32,000 bases of DNA. Source: Candidatus Saccharimonadota bacterium. Its GTDB lineage: Bacteria > Pseudomonadota > Alphaproteobacteria > CAJXXZ01 > 1604HC. Both the position numbers and the translations under genes were made by a program. This document shows positions 1-9,594 of this stretch, in pieces. Location of the stretch: NCBI RefSeq assembly GCF_008189525.1, contig NZ_CP043314.1, positions 1 to 32,000 of the forward strand, in the 5' to 3' direction. Below the pieces are notes generated by a model. The model was not told the DNA's origin, did not search any database, and saw only the letters and a program-made list of their open reading frames with translations. Each line of letters starts with the position of its first letter. The first letter of the stretch is position 1.

Positions 1-69
1 CATAAATAAGTTTTATTTATAAATAATCTTGAATGTTAATTATTATGTTAGACAAAAAAGGATAACAAA

Positions 70-1491
70 GTGATATCTACAAACAAAATTGATGAATTTT
101 TAATAGATTTTTCATTGCTAAAAGAAGTACCGATTGATTTCTGCAAGAAAAATAGAGTTTTGCCAGTTAGCATAGAAGATAAAAATTTAAAATTAATTTG
201 TAACAAAGAAAGTGATCTTCATGTTTTCGAAGAGATAAAACAATATATAGATTTCAATCAGGTAAAAAAAGTAAATGTAAGTGAAGTTGATATGGATCAT
301 TACATGGAAATGATTTACCCACAGAAATTAGAATCCATAGAAAGACTTTTTTCTTCAAAAGAGGTTGATGGAGAGATTTTGGTTGATTCTGTTATCGTAG
401 AAGCTATAAAAAGTAATGCATCAGACATACATATAATACCCAAGGAAGGGTTCTTTTATATAAAGTACAGAATAGATGGGGTTCTTTATAGTAGATATAG
501 TTTCTCTAAGGAAAAATGGAATACAGTTTGCATAAGAATTAAAGTTATGTCTGAGTTGGATATATCTGAAACAAGGATTTCACAAGATGGAAGTTTTGAA
601 AGAGAGTTTTGTAATAAAAAATTAGATTTTAGGGTTTCTTGTCATCCTGTTATGTTTGGAGAGAGCATAGTTATACGAATTCTAAATGGTAGTGAGCAGT
701 TCTTTTTGGGATCTATAGATTATTCAGAGAAAAATAAACAAAATATGGAGAAATTTATAGATATACCAGATGGATTAATAATATTCACTGGTCCAACTGG
801 TTCTGGGAAAACCACTTCTTTGTACAGTATTCTTTCATCAATAAATCATGAATCAAATAATATAATAACTTTAGAAGATCCTATAGAATTTAAAATACCT
901 TTTGCTAGACAAACAGATATCAACAAATACCCCAAAATGGATTATATAAATGGGATAAAATCAATTCTAAGACAAGATCCAGATGTGATATTGATAGGTG
1001 AGATTAGAGATGAGAAAACAGCCAATATGGCAATAAGAGCAGCAATGACAGGGCATAAAGTTTTTACAACATTGCACACTACAAACATAGCTGGGGTTGT
1101 AGATAGGTTAATGGAGTTCAACATAGATAAAACTTTGATATTCCAATATTTAAAAGGGATTGTTGCACAAAGGCTAGTTAGGAAGTTGTGTTCATGTAAA
1201 ACAGAGGTTAAGAACTGTTATTCTGGGCAGCTTAGAAAGCATATTGATTGTGATTACTTTTTTAAATCTAATGGATGTGAAAAATGTGAAGGTATTGGAT
1301 TTAGTGGAAGAACTGTAGTTGCTGAGAGTGTTTTTTTGAAACCAAATGATATGCAAGAATTTGTGAATAATAAAACTTTGAAGAAAGAGATTTTTGAAAG
1401 TATGTGTGTGGATGGCATTCATAAGGTGAAAAACGGAATTACAAGTTATGAAGAGCTGAAGAGATGCATAGATATGAGCGAATATGAATAA
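70..1491 (+). CDS. GspE/PilB-family type II secretion / type IV pilus assembly ATPase
   Basis: 473-aa ORF with a GTG start and AAGGA 7 nt upstream. N-terminal T2SSE_N-like region, Walker A GPTGSGKTT, Asp box ITLEDPIEF, Walker B DPDVILIGEIRD, His box TGHKVFTTLHT, C-terminal tetracysteine cluster (CSCK...CEKCEG). I cannot separate T2SS GspE from T4P PilB by eye. Confidence 0.9.
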   Translation: MISTNKIDEFLIDFSLLKEVPIDFCKKNRVLPVSIEDKNLKLICNKESDLHVFEEIKQYIDFNQVKKVNVSEVDMDHYMEMIYPQKLESIERLFSSKEVDGEILVDSVIVEAIKSNASDIHIIPKEGFFYIKYRIDGVLYSRYSFSKEKWNTVCIRIKVMSELDISETRISQDGSFEREFCNKKLDFRVSCHPVMFGESIVIRILNGSEQFFLGSIDYSEKNKQNMEKFIDIPDGLIIFTGPTGSGKTTSLYSILSSINHESNNIITLEDPIEFKIPFARQTDINKYPKMDYINGIKSILRQDPDVILIGEIRDEKTANMAIRAAMTGHKVFTTLHTTNIAGVVDRLMEFNIDKTLIFQYLKGIVAQRLVRKLCSCKTEVKNCYSGQLRKHIDCDYFFKSNGCEKCEGIGFSGRTVVAESVFLKPNDMQEFVNNKTLKKEIFESMCVDGIHKVKNGITSYEELKRCIDMSEYE

Positions 1492-1740
1492 AGTACAAGT
1501 GAAAAATACTATGTGAACTGGTTTTATTGAATAAATAGTTGTGTTGAAATGATTTGAAGATAAATCACAGAATTAATAAACACTACTCTATTTTCATTGT
1601 TAGTTTCTTTGCTTGCCAGTTTTATAAAGAAGATCAGAGCCTTAATGATTAGGGAATATTTCTTGGCATATTGGTATATTTTTATCGAGATTATGTTTTA
1701 GTTTAGTTTTAAGATTAAATTTTTGGGAGATCTGCAAAGT

Positions 1741-2916
1741 ATGATGTTTAAGTATGTATATATTTTTAATAACCAGAAAACACTTGGTTATATTGATGCT
1801 AAAAATAAAGCAGAAGTTTTCGATTTTTTAAGTTCAAAACAAACAAATGGAAATAATATAGACTTGGTATGTGTAAAAAGAAGTTATATTGCTTTTATAA
1901 ATAAATTTTTATTTAGGAAGATGTTTAAGTACAAGGATATGTACATAATGTTTGGATTTTTGCATAAATTTTTATCGAAAGGACTTAGTCTTGATAAGTC
2001 ACTAAAATGTATATCTGAATGCAAAATAAAAATGAGTAGCTTTTGTTTAGATGTATATGAAATTATAAAGAATGGAAAGTCATTTTCTCATTGTTTTAAA
2101 AGTAAATCAGAACATTTTCCCAGAAATGCATTATATCCACTGCTTTTAATAGATAAAGTAGGTGACCTAGATTTATACTGTCAAAATTTATCTGACTATT
2201 ATAAAAATATTTCAGAAAAGAAAGAAAAAATAAATAAAGCTATGAGATATCCATTGGGCTTATTAAGCTTCTTTGTATTTATTTTTGTATTTTTGGTTAA
2301 ATTTTTTATTCCTAGCATAGTGGATATATTTAATGACATGAGTCTGGAAATCCCTATGTTTCTAAATTGTATTCATTGTATAGGGAATAATTTAGGGTCT
2401 ATTGGTTTAGTTCTCTTAGTGATTATGACCTTGTTATATTATTTTAATTACAAATTGGATTACATAATTGACCGACTTCCTATAGTTGGCGCTTATAGGA
2501 GATATAGAGATTTTTCTTTCTTTTACAAATCTATAAGCTTGTTTATTAACAATGGAGTTCACTTAACTGATGCTATCAAAAATACTGGGAATGTTTTTAG
2601 TAATAAGAAAATGGTTGAAAAAATAAACAGCATAACAAGCAGTTTGCTAAGTGGGTATAGTTTACATAAATCTTTCGAGAGAGCTGACTTAGATTACATG
2701 GATGTAATAATGATAGATCTTTATGAAAAATCTGGAGATATAAAGTTAGGTTTTGAGTTTTTAGCTAAGGCGAATGAGGATAATATGATTGAAATTATAG
2801 ATTTGATTAAAGATTATGCACAACCTTTAGTTCTTATCTTCACTGGTGTTTTGCTTGGCCTAATAGCTTATGTAGTTCTTTCTCCAATACAATATATAAT
2901 TTCTGATTTGAAATGA
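1741..2916 (+). CDS. GspF/PilC-family inner-membrane platform protein
   Basis: ORF track starts at TTG 1723. I prefer ATG 1741, preceded by GGGAGA (1725-1730). Duplicated T2SSF-like architecture with hydrophobic segments (LGLLSFFVFIFVFLVKFFIP, LGSIGLVLLVIMTLLYYF, PLVLIFTGVLLGLIAYVVL). Lies directly downstream of the ATPase, as in pilB-pilC or gspE-gspF. Confidence 0.85.
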   Translation: MMFKYVYIFNNQKTLGYIDAKNKAEVFDFLSSKQTNGNNIDLVCVKRSYIAFINKFLFRKMFKYKDMYIMFGFLHKFLSKGLSLDKSLKCISECKIKMSSFCLDVYEIIKNGKSFSHCFKSKSEHFPRNALYPLLLIDKVGDLDLYCQNLSDYYKNISEKKEKINKAMRYPLGLLSFFVFIFVFLVKFFIPSIVDIFNDMSLEIPMFLNCIHCIGNNLGSIGLVLLVIMTLLYYFNYKLDYIIDRLPIVGAYRRYRDFSFFYKSISLFINNGVHLTDAIKNTGNVFSNKKMVEKINSITSSLLSGYSLHKSFERADLDYMDVIMIDLYEKSGDIKLGFEFLAKANEDNMIEIIDLIKDYAQPLVLIFTGVLLGLIAYVVLSPIQYIISDLK

Positions 2917-3051
2917 TTTTATATTTAGAGAGCTAATCTCAGCTATGATGTGATTTTATATAATATTTGTTTTTATGTTTAAGGTTTATAGAAATATTTT
3001 ATATTTTAGTTTATTTGGATTTTTATTTTGTCTGAAATTTATGGGAGTTTT

Positions 3052-3936
3052 ATGATCTTAAGCAGTAAAGTTATGTGTTTAAAAACACAAGTTGGAAATA
3101 ATTTTTATAATAGTAACTTAGAGAAAATTAGTGACTCTAAATATGATATATGTCTAATAGATGAAACATTAAGTTACATGAAAATAGAAAGAATTCCTCA
3201 AGGTTTTAATTTTCTAGATAGAATTAAGTGGATACTAAACCTAGAGAAGAAGTTATTTCTAAACAAGAGCTTTAAAAGAATATTTTATAATAAAGAATTA
3301 TGTGTATGGATCTATTCCAATATTAAGGTTAATAAGAAAATCAAATGGTCAGTAGTAGAAAAAGTCGAATTGCTAAAGAAATTATGTAGAAATGTAAATA
3401 TAAGCGAAGTTTGGGTAATACGTGAAGGAGATAGGAACGTTTGCGTTAGCTTATTAAAAGGGAAAATTGTATTTTTTAAAGTCATGGACTCAAATGTTGG
3501 TGCAGAAGTCGCTGAGATATCTGATTACATGTCCGATAAATATAGCTTTAAGCCATATATAAGAACCTTTGGTGATGATGTAGAAATAAATAGTGATTAC
3601 TCTTATTCTAATTCTGAAGTGGAAGTAAAAACTAAGCTTTCTATAGGAATGTTAGCTTTTTCTTACTTAAAAAGTTTTAAAATGGATTTCTACTGCTATG
3701 TAACTAATAGTATAGCTTTGAGTTTGTTGATTTTGTTTAGTAGCTATATATCCATTAATAACAAGATATTAAAGAAGGACATATTAATTAATCAAAAACA
3801 GATATTAGATTTGAATAATAAGCTTTCTAATATTCCTAATGTTAATCATATTAAGCAATTAATGTCTTTTAAAAGTAATGTATTTAGTTTCACACAGAAA
3901 CATAACAAGTTATCTGATAAGAATGTTTCTTTCTGA
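3052..3936 (+). CDS. Hypothetical bitopic membrane protein, possibly a GspL-like or PilM-PilN-like assembly component
   Basis: ORF track starts at TTG 3028. ATG 3052 is preceded by GGGAG (3043-3047). About 210 aa of cytoplasmic region, one TM segment (approx. aa 222-243, YCYVTNSIALSLLILFSSYISI), then a ~60-aa coiled-coil-like tail (KILKKDILINQKQILDLNNKLSN). The function is inferred only from architecture and position after the platform gene. Confidence 0.55.
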   Translation: MILSSKVMCLKTQVGNNFYNSNLEKISDSKYDICLIDETLSYMKIERIPQGFNFLDRIKWILNLEKKLFLNKSFKRIFYNKELCVWIYSNIKVNKKIKWSVVEKVELLKKLCRNVNISEVWVIREGDRNVCVSLLKGKIVFFKVMDSNVGAEVAEISDYMSDKYSFKPYIRTFGDDVEINSDYSYSNSEVEVKTKLSIGMLAFSYLKSFKMDFYCYVTNSIALSLLILFSSYISINNKILKKDILINQKQILDLNNKLSNIPNVNHIKQLMSFKSNVFSFTQKHNKLSDKNVSF

Positions 3937-4101
3937 AGTTAAAAAAGTTATAAATGCACATAAATACTATAATATATACATTATACATCTATGTACCATG
4001 GACATGCTTAGATTTGAGAATACAGCATATAATAAAATAATTATTGTATGGAGGCGGTGTATAATGAGTTACTTAGCAATTTTATTGTAAAAATCTGTTG
4101 T

Positions 4102-5325
4102 TTATATGTTCCATGATTTATAGGCCAGATATACTTTAGATAGATATTCCAGCAAAGCATCTTTGCTAGGTTCTTCTTGAGAATAGTAAAATGATTTTAG
4201 ATTTTCTATTAACTCCCCTAATTTAGGTCCTGGATTAATTTTTGTTATATCCATGATTTGCTTACCAGATAAAGGAAATGGATACTTACGCCATTTTTCT
4301 AGGAAATCAAAATTATTTAAATTGCTTTTTAATATTATACCATCCCAAAATAATTCATCTGTAGATTCATGTAGCCATCGTATGTGGTTATATTTATTTT
4401 CTAGAACTAGATCTTTTAATGTAATTACATTTTTATACTGCTTGTTGGAAAGTTTCATTTTTGTGAAATCTCCGTAAAAACAGGATAATCTACATATTTC
4501 ACTGGTTTTCCTATTTTTCTGTTTTTCACTAATATTTAATTTATTTAATATTTCTAGATTTGGTTTTGGGAAATCACAATAATCCCAAATTCTAATTTCA
4601 TCTATTAATTTTACAGTTTCTAAAAATTTATTAGAGCTCAGTATCTTCAAAAGTTCACTAGTGCATCTTTCTCTAGATATTTTGATTAGGTTTTCTATTT
4701 GTTTTTTACATTCACTAAATGATAAGTTATCATATTGCTCTCCATAAAATGACGAAAACCTGAAAAATCTCAATATACGAAGATAATCCTCTTGGATTCT
4801 TTGGGCAGGATTGCCAATGAACTTTATAGTTCTGGATTTTATATCTTTTAACCCATTTACAAAGTCAAATATGTTTCCGTTTTTATCTAAGTACAGTGCA
4901 TTTATTGTAAGATCTCTTCTTTCAGCATCTTCTTTCCATGATTTGGAAAATCTTACATCAGCATATCTTCCATATGATTTCACATCCACTCTTAGTGTGG
5001 TTACTTCATAAGAAAATCCATTTTTCACGCATGTTACAGTGCCATGTTGTAATCCAGTTGGAATGACTTGGAACTTATTTTCTCTTGCTTTTTTAATTAC
5101 TTCTTCAGGGGTTAGTTCTGTCGCTATATCTATATCTCCAATTTGTATTCCAAGCAAGTGGTTTCTTACAGCTCCACCCACAACCATAGCTGGCTCTAGC
5201 GCAGAAAGTAGATTTTGCAAGTTGTGCTCTTGTAACCATAAGGCACTACTTTTTGACGCTATTTTGTAATTTTCGAATAAGTCGCTTTCTTTTGAAATAT
5301 CTTCTTTTCCATTCATTGATAACAT
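4102..5325 (-). CDS. cca: CCA-adding tRNA nucleotidyltransferase (poly(A) polymerase/CCA family)
   Basis: 407 aa. N-terminal nucleotidyltransferase motif GGAVRNHLLG...DIDIAT, RRDLTINALY, and head-neck-body length typical of class II CCA enzymes. Consistent with the tRNA-Cys gene in this window lacking an encoded CCA. Confidence 0.85.
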   Translation of the reverse strand: MLSMNGKEDISKESDLFENYKIASKSSALWLQEHNLQNLLSALEPAMVVGGAVRNHLLGIQIGDIDIATELTPEEVIKKARENKFQVIPTGLQHGTVTCVKNGFSYEVTTLRVDVKSYGRYADVRFSKSWKEDAERRDLTINALYLDKNGNIFDFVNGLKDIKSRTIKFIGNPAQRIQEDYLRILRFFRFSSFYGEQYDNLSFSECKKQIENLIKISRERCTSELLKILSSNKFLETVKLIDEIRIWDYCDFPKPNLEILNKLNISEKQKNRKTSEICRLSCFYGDFTKMKLSNKQYKNVITLKDLVLENKYNHIRWLHESTDELFWDGIILKSNLNNFDFLEKWRKYPFPLSGKQIMDITKINPGPKLGELIENLKSFYYSQEEPSKDALLEYLSKVYLAYKSWNI

Positions 5326-5459
5326 TATACAATTTTCCTATTTTTTAGCTTTATATTTTTATTAGATTCTCATTTACTCTAAGATTCCTATTTTAGAATA
5401 ATGATATGTTTTAAACTTAAATACATTTTAAGTATTTTTGTTAAGTTTATTATATTTTA

Positions 5460-6245
5460 TTATTTATCTTTATACTGAATCAAATCCAGAAAATTCCTAG
5501 TAGTTATGTCTGCAAAAAAATCTTTATCTACATTTCTTAATTCTGCTAGGAATTCTCCAACGTGCCTTACAAACGCAGGTTCGTTTTTCTTTCCTCTATG
5601 AGGTTCTGGAGCAAGAAAAGGAGCATCAGTTTCTATAAGAATTCTTTCATTTGGAATGAATTTTGCTACATCTAAAATATTTTTAGATACATTTTTAAAT
5701 GTAATTATCCCAGAAAATGATACATACCAACCAAGATCTAATATTTTCTTTGCGAATTCCATTGTTCCCGTGAAGCAGTGAGCTATTCCCACTACATCTG
5801 GATATTTCTTGATTATGTCTAATGTATCTTGCTCTGCATCTCTCATATGAAGAACTATAGGCTTATTATATTTTTTGGCGAACTCTAAATGCATTTCAAA
5901 AGATTTTTTCTGTTCTTTAGGTGTGTTCTGAAAATCTTTGAAATAATCTATGCCTGTTTCTCCTATAGCTACGACATTTGGTTTTTCTATCCAAGTTTGC
6001 AAATAGTTTTCAATAACATCTATTTGCTTTACTTCTTTATCAAGTGGATGCACCCCTACAGAGGCGAATATTTTAGAGTTGTAGTCTGTGTAGTCGTATA
6101 TCTTGTCTAATGTATTTGAAGAAGTGCTGATTGTCATAGCGCAACCTACTTCATTCAGATGCATGTTATTTATTTTTTCTTTTACGTTTCCAAACATTGG
6201 CTCATAATCTAAGTGACAGTGCGAATCAGTCCATTTTCCATTCAT
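5460..6245 (-). CDS. tatD: TatD-family metal-dependent hydrolase/DNase
   Basis: 261 aa. N-terminal DSHCHLD, internal GETGIDY, HCFTG and ETDAPFL motifs typical of TatD/YcfH. Confidence 0.9.
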   Translation of the reverse strand: MNGKWTDSHCHLDYEPMFGNVKEKINNMHLNEVGCAMTISTSSNTLDKIYDYTDYNSKIFASVGVHPLDKEVKQIDVIENYLQTWIEKPNVVAIGETGIDYFKDFQNTPKEQKKSFEMHLEFAKKYNKPIVLHMRDAEQDTLDIIKKYPDVVGIAHCFTGTMEFAKKILDLGWYVSFSGIITFKNVSKNILDVAKFIPNERILIETDAPFLAPEPHRGKKNEPAFVRHVGEFLAELRNVDKDFFADITTRNFLDLIQYKDK

Positions 6246-6274
6246 TTACTTACTCTCCTTATTAACCATATTCA

Positions 6275-6547
6275 TTATGATTTATCTTCTTCGTGTATCC
6301 TTAGGATTGGTATGTATTTAGAATTCCAGCTTTGTTTTATTTTGTTCATAATCTGTTTGTTGCTAGTTTCTATAATGTCTTTTGATTCTTCATTTATAAA
6401 ATTACAATAAATATCTGCATATTTTAAATCTTTGCTCATTTTTACTCTGGTAACTGTGCAAATACTGCCAAACATTTTCCAGATAATCTCTCGTATTGCG
6501 TCAAGAAAATGTTCTGATGCTCTAATATTTCTTTTGTAAGGTTTCAC
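6275..6547 (-). CDS. rbfA: Ribosome-binding factor A (short form)
   Basis: 90 aa, GTG start. VTRVKMSKDLKYADIYCNF matches the conserved RbfA core (V.V..DL..A.VY). Sits 30 nt upstream of tatD on the same strand. Shorter than typical RbfA (~120 aa). Confidence 0.7.
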   Translation of the reverse strand: MKPYKRNIRASEHFLDAIREIIWKMFGSICTVTRVKMSKDLKYADIYCNFINEESKDIIETSNKQIMNKIKQSWNSKYIPILRIHEEDKS

Positions 6548-6737
6548 AAAAGATTTATACTACAAAAATGCACTAACCACAAAATAATAATATACAAATG
6601 GTAATAAATCTTCACTTTATGACTCATATGTCGTTGATGATTGGTTGTATTTTAATGCAGAAAAGTGCAATTCTTAGTCATTTTTTTGACTTTGTATGTA
6701 AAAAAAGTTCATTTTATTATATTATTAACGTTAGATT

Positions 6738-7586
6738 ATGAAATTATTAAATAACTTGTTAAATAAGTTTTACTTTTTATCTAGATTGTTAAGTAAGAAT
6801 ATAGCAGATTTTTATTTTAAGAACTCTATTGATTCTATAAATAATGATAAAAGTATTGTCAAAAGAACAGCTGCCTCTTTTAGTAGTTTAATTTTATGTT
6901 GCATGGTTTTTTGTTCATCTGTTTCTAAAGCTGAATTATATGAAGATCTAAAAGGCAGTCATACTTTAATTGGACTTACATTCGCAGGAACTTCTAATCC
7001 TAAATATGGATTTAAAACCAAAGACATGGGATACAGTGATTTAGAAAAATATACTGAGAGAAATAATCCATTTTATGGTGCATTGTCGTTGAATATAGTT
7101 AAGGTTTATAGGAATATTTTTTCTTTATCTAACTGTTTCGAAATAGGATTAATGAAAAACAGAATGATTTTAGCATTAGAAGGTGACAAAATAGAGATAA
7201 AACACAAAAACTTCTTTGGATCATTTTTAATTTCTGCAGGATTAAGTGTGGTAGATAAAATGGAAATGTATCTTTCTACAGGATTAAATTTATGTAGATT
7301 TTCAAATAAGGCTTGGTTGAATGGGAAAGAGTACGAATTTTCAGGGAAAAATTTGTTGCTACCTCACTTAGTGTTTAGATCTGGTATTAGGCTAATGGTT
7401 CACAAAAGAGTTACCATGGATCTGTTTTACATTTTCTCTACATCACTGGAAAAAGAAATAAGGGTTAGAACTATAGCTAATGAAGATATACCTGCATTCA
7501 AATCTAATGATGATTTTAATAAAAAGAATTTTAAGCTTAAATCTAAATTTGGTATGATAGGAATTACAGCAAACTATAAAATATAG
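6738..7586 (+). CDS. Putative outer-membrane beta-barrel / surface protein
   Basis: 282 aa. Signal-peptide-like segment AASFSSLILCCMVFCSSVSKA|E lies at aa ~45-65, so the real start may be downstream or non-canonical. The rest alternates hydrophobic and polar residues in strand-like runs. No family is recognised with certainty. Confidence 0.5.
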   Translation: MKLLNNLLNKFYFLSRLLSKNIADFYFKNSIDSINNDKSIVKRTAASFSSLILCCMVFCSSVSKAELYEDLKGSHTLIGLTFAGTSNPKYGFKTKDMGYSDLEKYTERNNPFYGALSLNIVKVYRNIFSLSNCFEIGLMKNRMILALEGDKIEIKHKNFFGSFLISAGLSVVDKMEMYLSTGLNLCRFSNKAWLNGKEYEFSGKNLLLPHLVFRSGIRLMVHKRVTMDLFYIFSTSLEKEIRVRTIANEDIPAFKSNDDFNKKNFKLKSKFGMIGITANYKI

Positions 7587-7667
7587 CTATTATTCAAGAG
7601 ATCTTAATTTATGTTAAGACCTTTAAATATGCTATTTTAAACTTCGAAATATGATATTCTATCAGAA

Positions 7668-9476
7668 ATGATTTCTTTATCCTTGAGATTTGCTTTGTCT
7701 ATTATTATTGCTTTTTTGTTTTCTAGTAATCTTAATAATGATTATTGGCTTGTAAGTTTATTTAGTTTCTTTAAAAGCTTTTTCCATATACAATTCATTT
7801 TTATTCCTTTTGCATTTAGAAATGCCCTTTCTATAGTTTTATTTTTCTCTAATAGTGTTTTGCTAAATAATTTCGGAATTGGGAAAGGTATGTTTGGAGA
7901 AATAAACTCTAGATACATCCCTACTTATGCTGCCTTTATACCATATGGAATTCTGATTGTGTTTTTATTGTATAAGAAGATTAAACAGAGGAATCTAAAA
8001 ACTTTATCTAACAAACCAAAAAACAAGAAGCCTGCTAATAGCTCTAATAATCAGGACATCCCTGCTAAAAAATTAAATGTTCATGAAAAAGTATCTGGTA
8101 ACGAAAAGTCTAATAAATTTAATATGCCATCAATATCATTTTTGTCTTCTATAAGAAATAAAACTGCTGAAACTATTTCTAAAGATGTGCTTGCTAGGGT
8201 TTTGAAAGAATTTAAAGTTGAAGGTCGTTTATTAGATAAACATACTGGGCCGGTAGTTACAGTTTTTGAGTTTGAGCCAGCGCCGGGAGTAAAAGCCTCT
8301 AGGATAATTAATTTAGCATATGATATTGCTAGATCTACAGAATCTCTGTCTGCAAGGATAGCCCCTATTCCTGGAAAAAATTTGTTAGGTATTGAGCTGG
8401 CGAATAAAGTTAGAAATATGGTTACTTTGAAAGAAGTTTTAGCTTCTAATAATTTTATGAATACTTCTGCGAGTCTTCCTTTGGCATTAGGTTGTGATAT
8501 AGCTGGAAGAGCAGTTGTAGTTGATCTGGTTCAAATGCCACATCTTTTGGTTTCTGGAACTACTGGATCTGGTAAATCTGTTTCTATGCATAGCATGATG
8601 CTTTCACTTTTATATTCTAAAACGCCAGATGAATGTAAGTTTATACTTATAGACCCAAAGATGCTTGAGCTTTCTATTTATAATGATATTCCTCATTTGT
8701 TGAGCCCGGTAGTTACAGATCCTAAGGAAGCTATACAGGTTTTGAAATGGGTTGTTCAGGAAATGGAAAGAAGATACAAATTGCTGTCCAAGGCTGAGGT
8801 AAGAAATGTACATTCGTATAACCAGAAAGCAAAACAAAACAAAGAAACTGAGATTCCATTTTTAGTAGTAGTAGTAGATGAGTTTGCTGACTTAATGCTT
8901 ACTGCAGGTAAAGAAGTAGAGATTTCTGTACAAAGATTAGCTCAAATGGCTAGAGCATCTGGTATACACATAATAATGGCAACCCAGAGGCCTTCTGTTG
9001 ATGTGGTTACTGGAACTATGAAATCTAACTTCCCTACAAGAATAACATTCCAGTTAGCTTCTTCTACTGATAGCAGAACTATTATGGGATACAATAGTGG
9101 TGCAGAACAACTTTTAGGAAAGGGAGATATGCTTTATCTTTCTCCTGGTCAGCCTACTATAAGAATGCAAGGCCCATTTGTGTCTGATGATGAGGTACAG
9201 AAAATTATTGGGCATTTGAAAGCAAGCGGTAAACCTGAGTATATAAAATTGCATGTAATAGAAGATCTTTCTAATCTAGATAACGGAAATAGTGAGGATT
9301 TGACATATAAGATGGCTCTACGAATAGTGCTAGAAGAGAAAAAAGTTTCTATAAGCTATCTACAGCGTAGGTTGAGTATAGGATATAATAAATCAGCGAA
9401 AATAGTGGAAGAAATGGAAAAGCAAGGAATAGTTAGTACACCTGATAGAACAGGTAAAAGAGAGGTTTTAAAGTAA
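7668..9476 (+). CDS. ftsK: DNA translocase FtsK
   Basis: 602 aa. N-terminal TM segments and a short K/N-rich linker, Walker A GTTGSGKS, Walker B VVVVDEFADL, MATQRPS motif. C-terminal gamma winged-helix region (ISYLQRRLSIGYNKSAKIVEEMEKQGIVS). Confidence 0.95.
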   Translation: MISLSLRFALSIIIAFLFSSNLNNDYWLVSLFSFFKSFFHIQFIFIPFAFRNALSIVLFFSNSVLLNNFGIGKGMFGEINSRYIPTYAAFIPYGILIVFLLYKKIKQRNLKTLSNKPKNKKPANSSNNQDIPAKKLNVHEKVSGNEKSNKFNMPSISFLSSIRNKTAETISKDVLARVLKEFKVEGRLLDKHTGPVVTVFEFEPAPGVKASRIINLAYDIARSTESLSARIAPIPGKNLLGIELANKVRNMVTLKEVLASNNFMNTSASLPLALGCDIAGRAVVVDLVQMPHLLVSGTTGSGKSVSMHSMMLSLLYSKTPDECKFILIDPKMLELSIYNDIPHLLSPVVTDPKEAIQVLKWVVQEMERRYKLLSKAEVRNVHSYNQKAKQNKETEIPFLVVVVDEFADLMLTAGKEVEISVQRLAQMARASGIHIIMATQRPSVDVVTGTMKSNFPTRITFQLASSTDSRTIMGYNSGAEQLLGKGDMLYLSPGQPTIRMQGPFVSDDEVQKIIGHLKASGKPEYIKLHVIEDLSNLDNGNSEDLTYKMALRIVLEEKKVSISYLQRRLSIGYNKSAKIVEEMEKQGIVSTPDRTGKREVLK

Positions 9477-9594
9477 GGCAATAAGCGTTAAATAAACGAC
9501 TTATGCTGAGGGGGAGTTAGATTATGAAAGTTTTATTAGATAAGAAATTAGTTTTATATTAACTATGCCTAGAAAATATTGTGCTATTATGGCA

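Noticed and set aside
3878-4090. 70-aa ORF overlapping the 3' end of the bitopic protein gene and the convergent spacer.
   Set aside because: Overlaps the better-supported ORF in another frame. No SD, no recognisable features.
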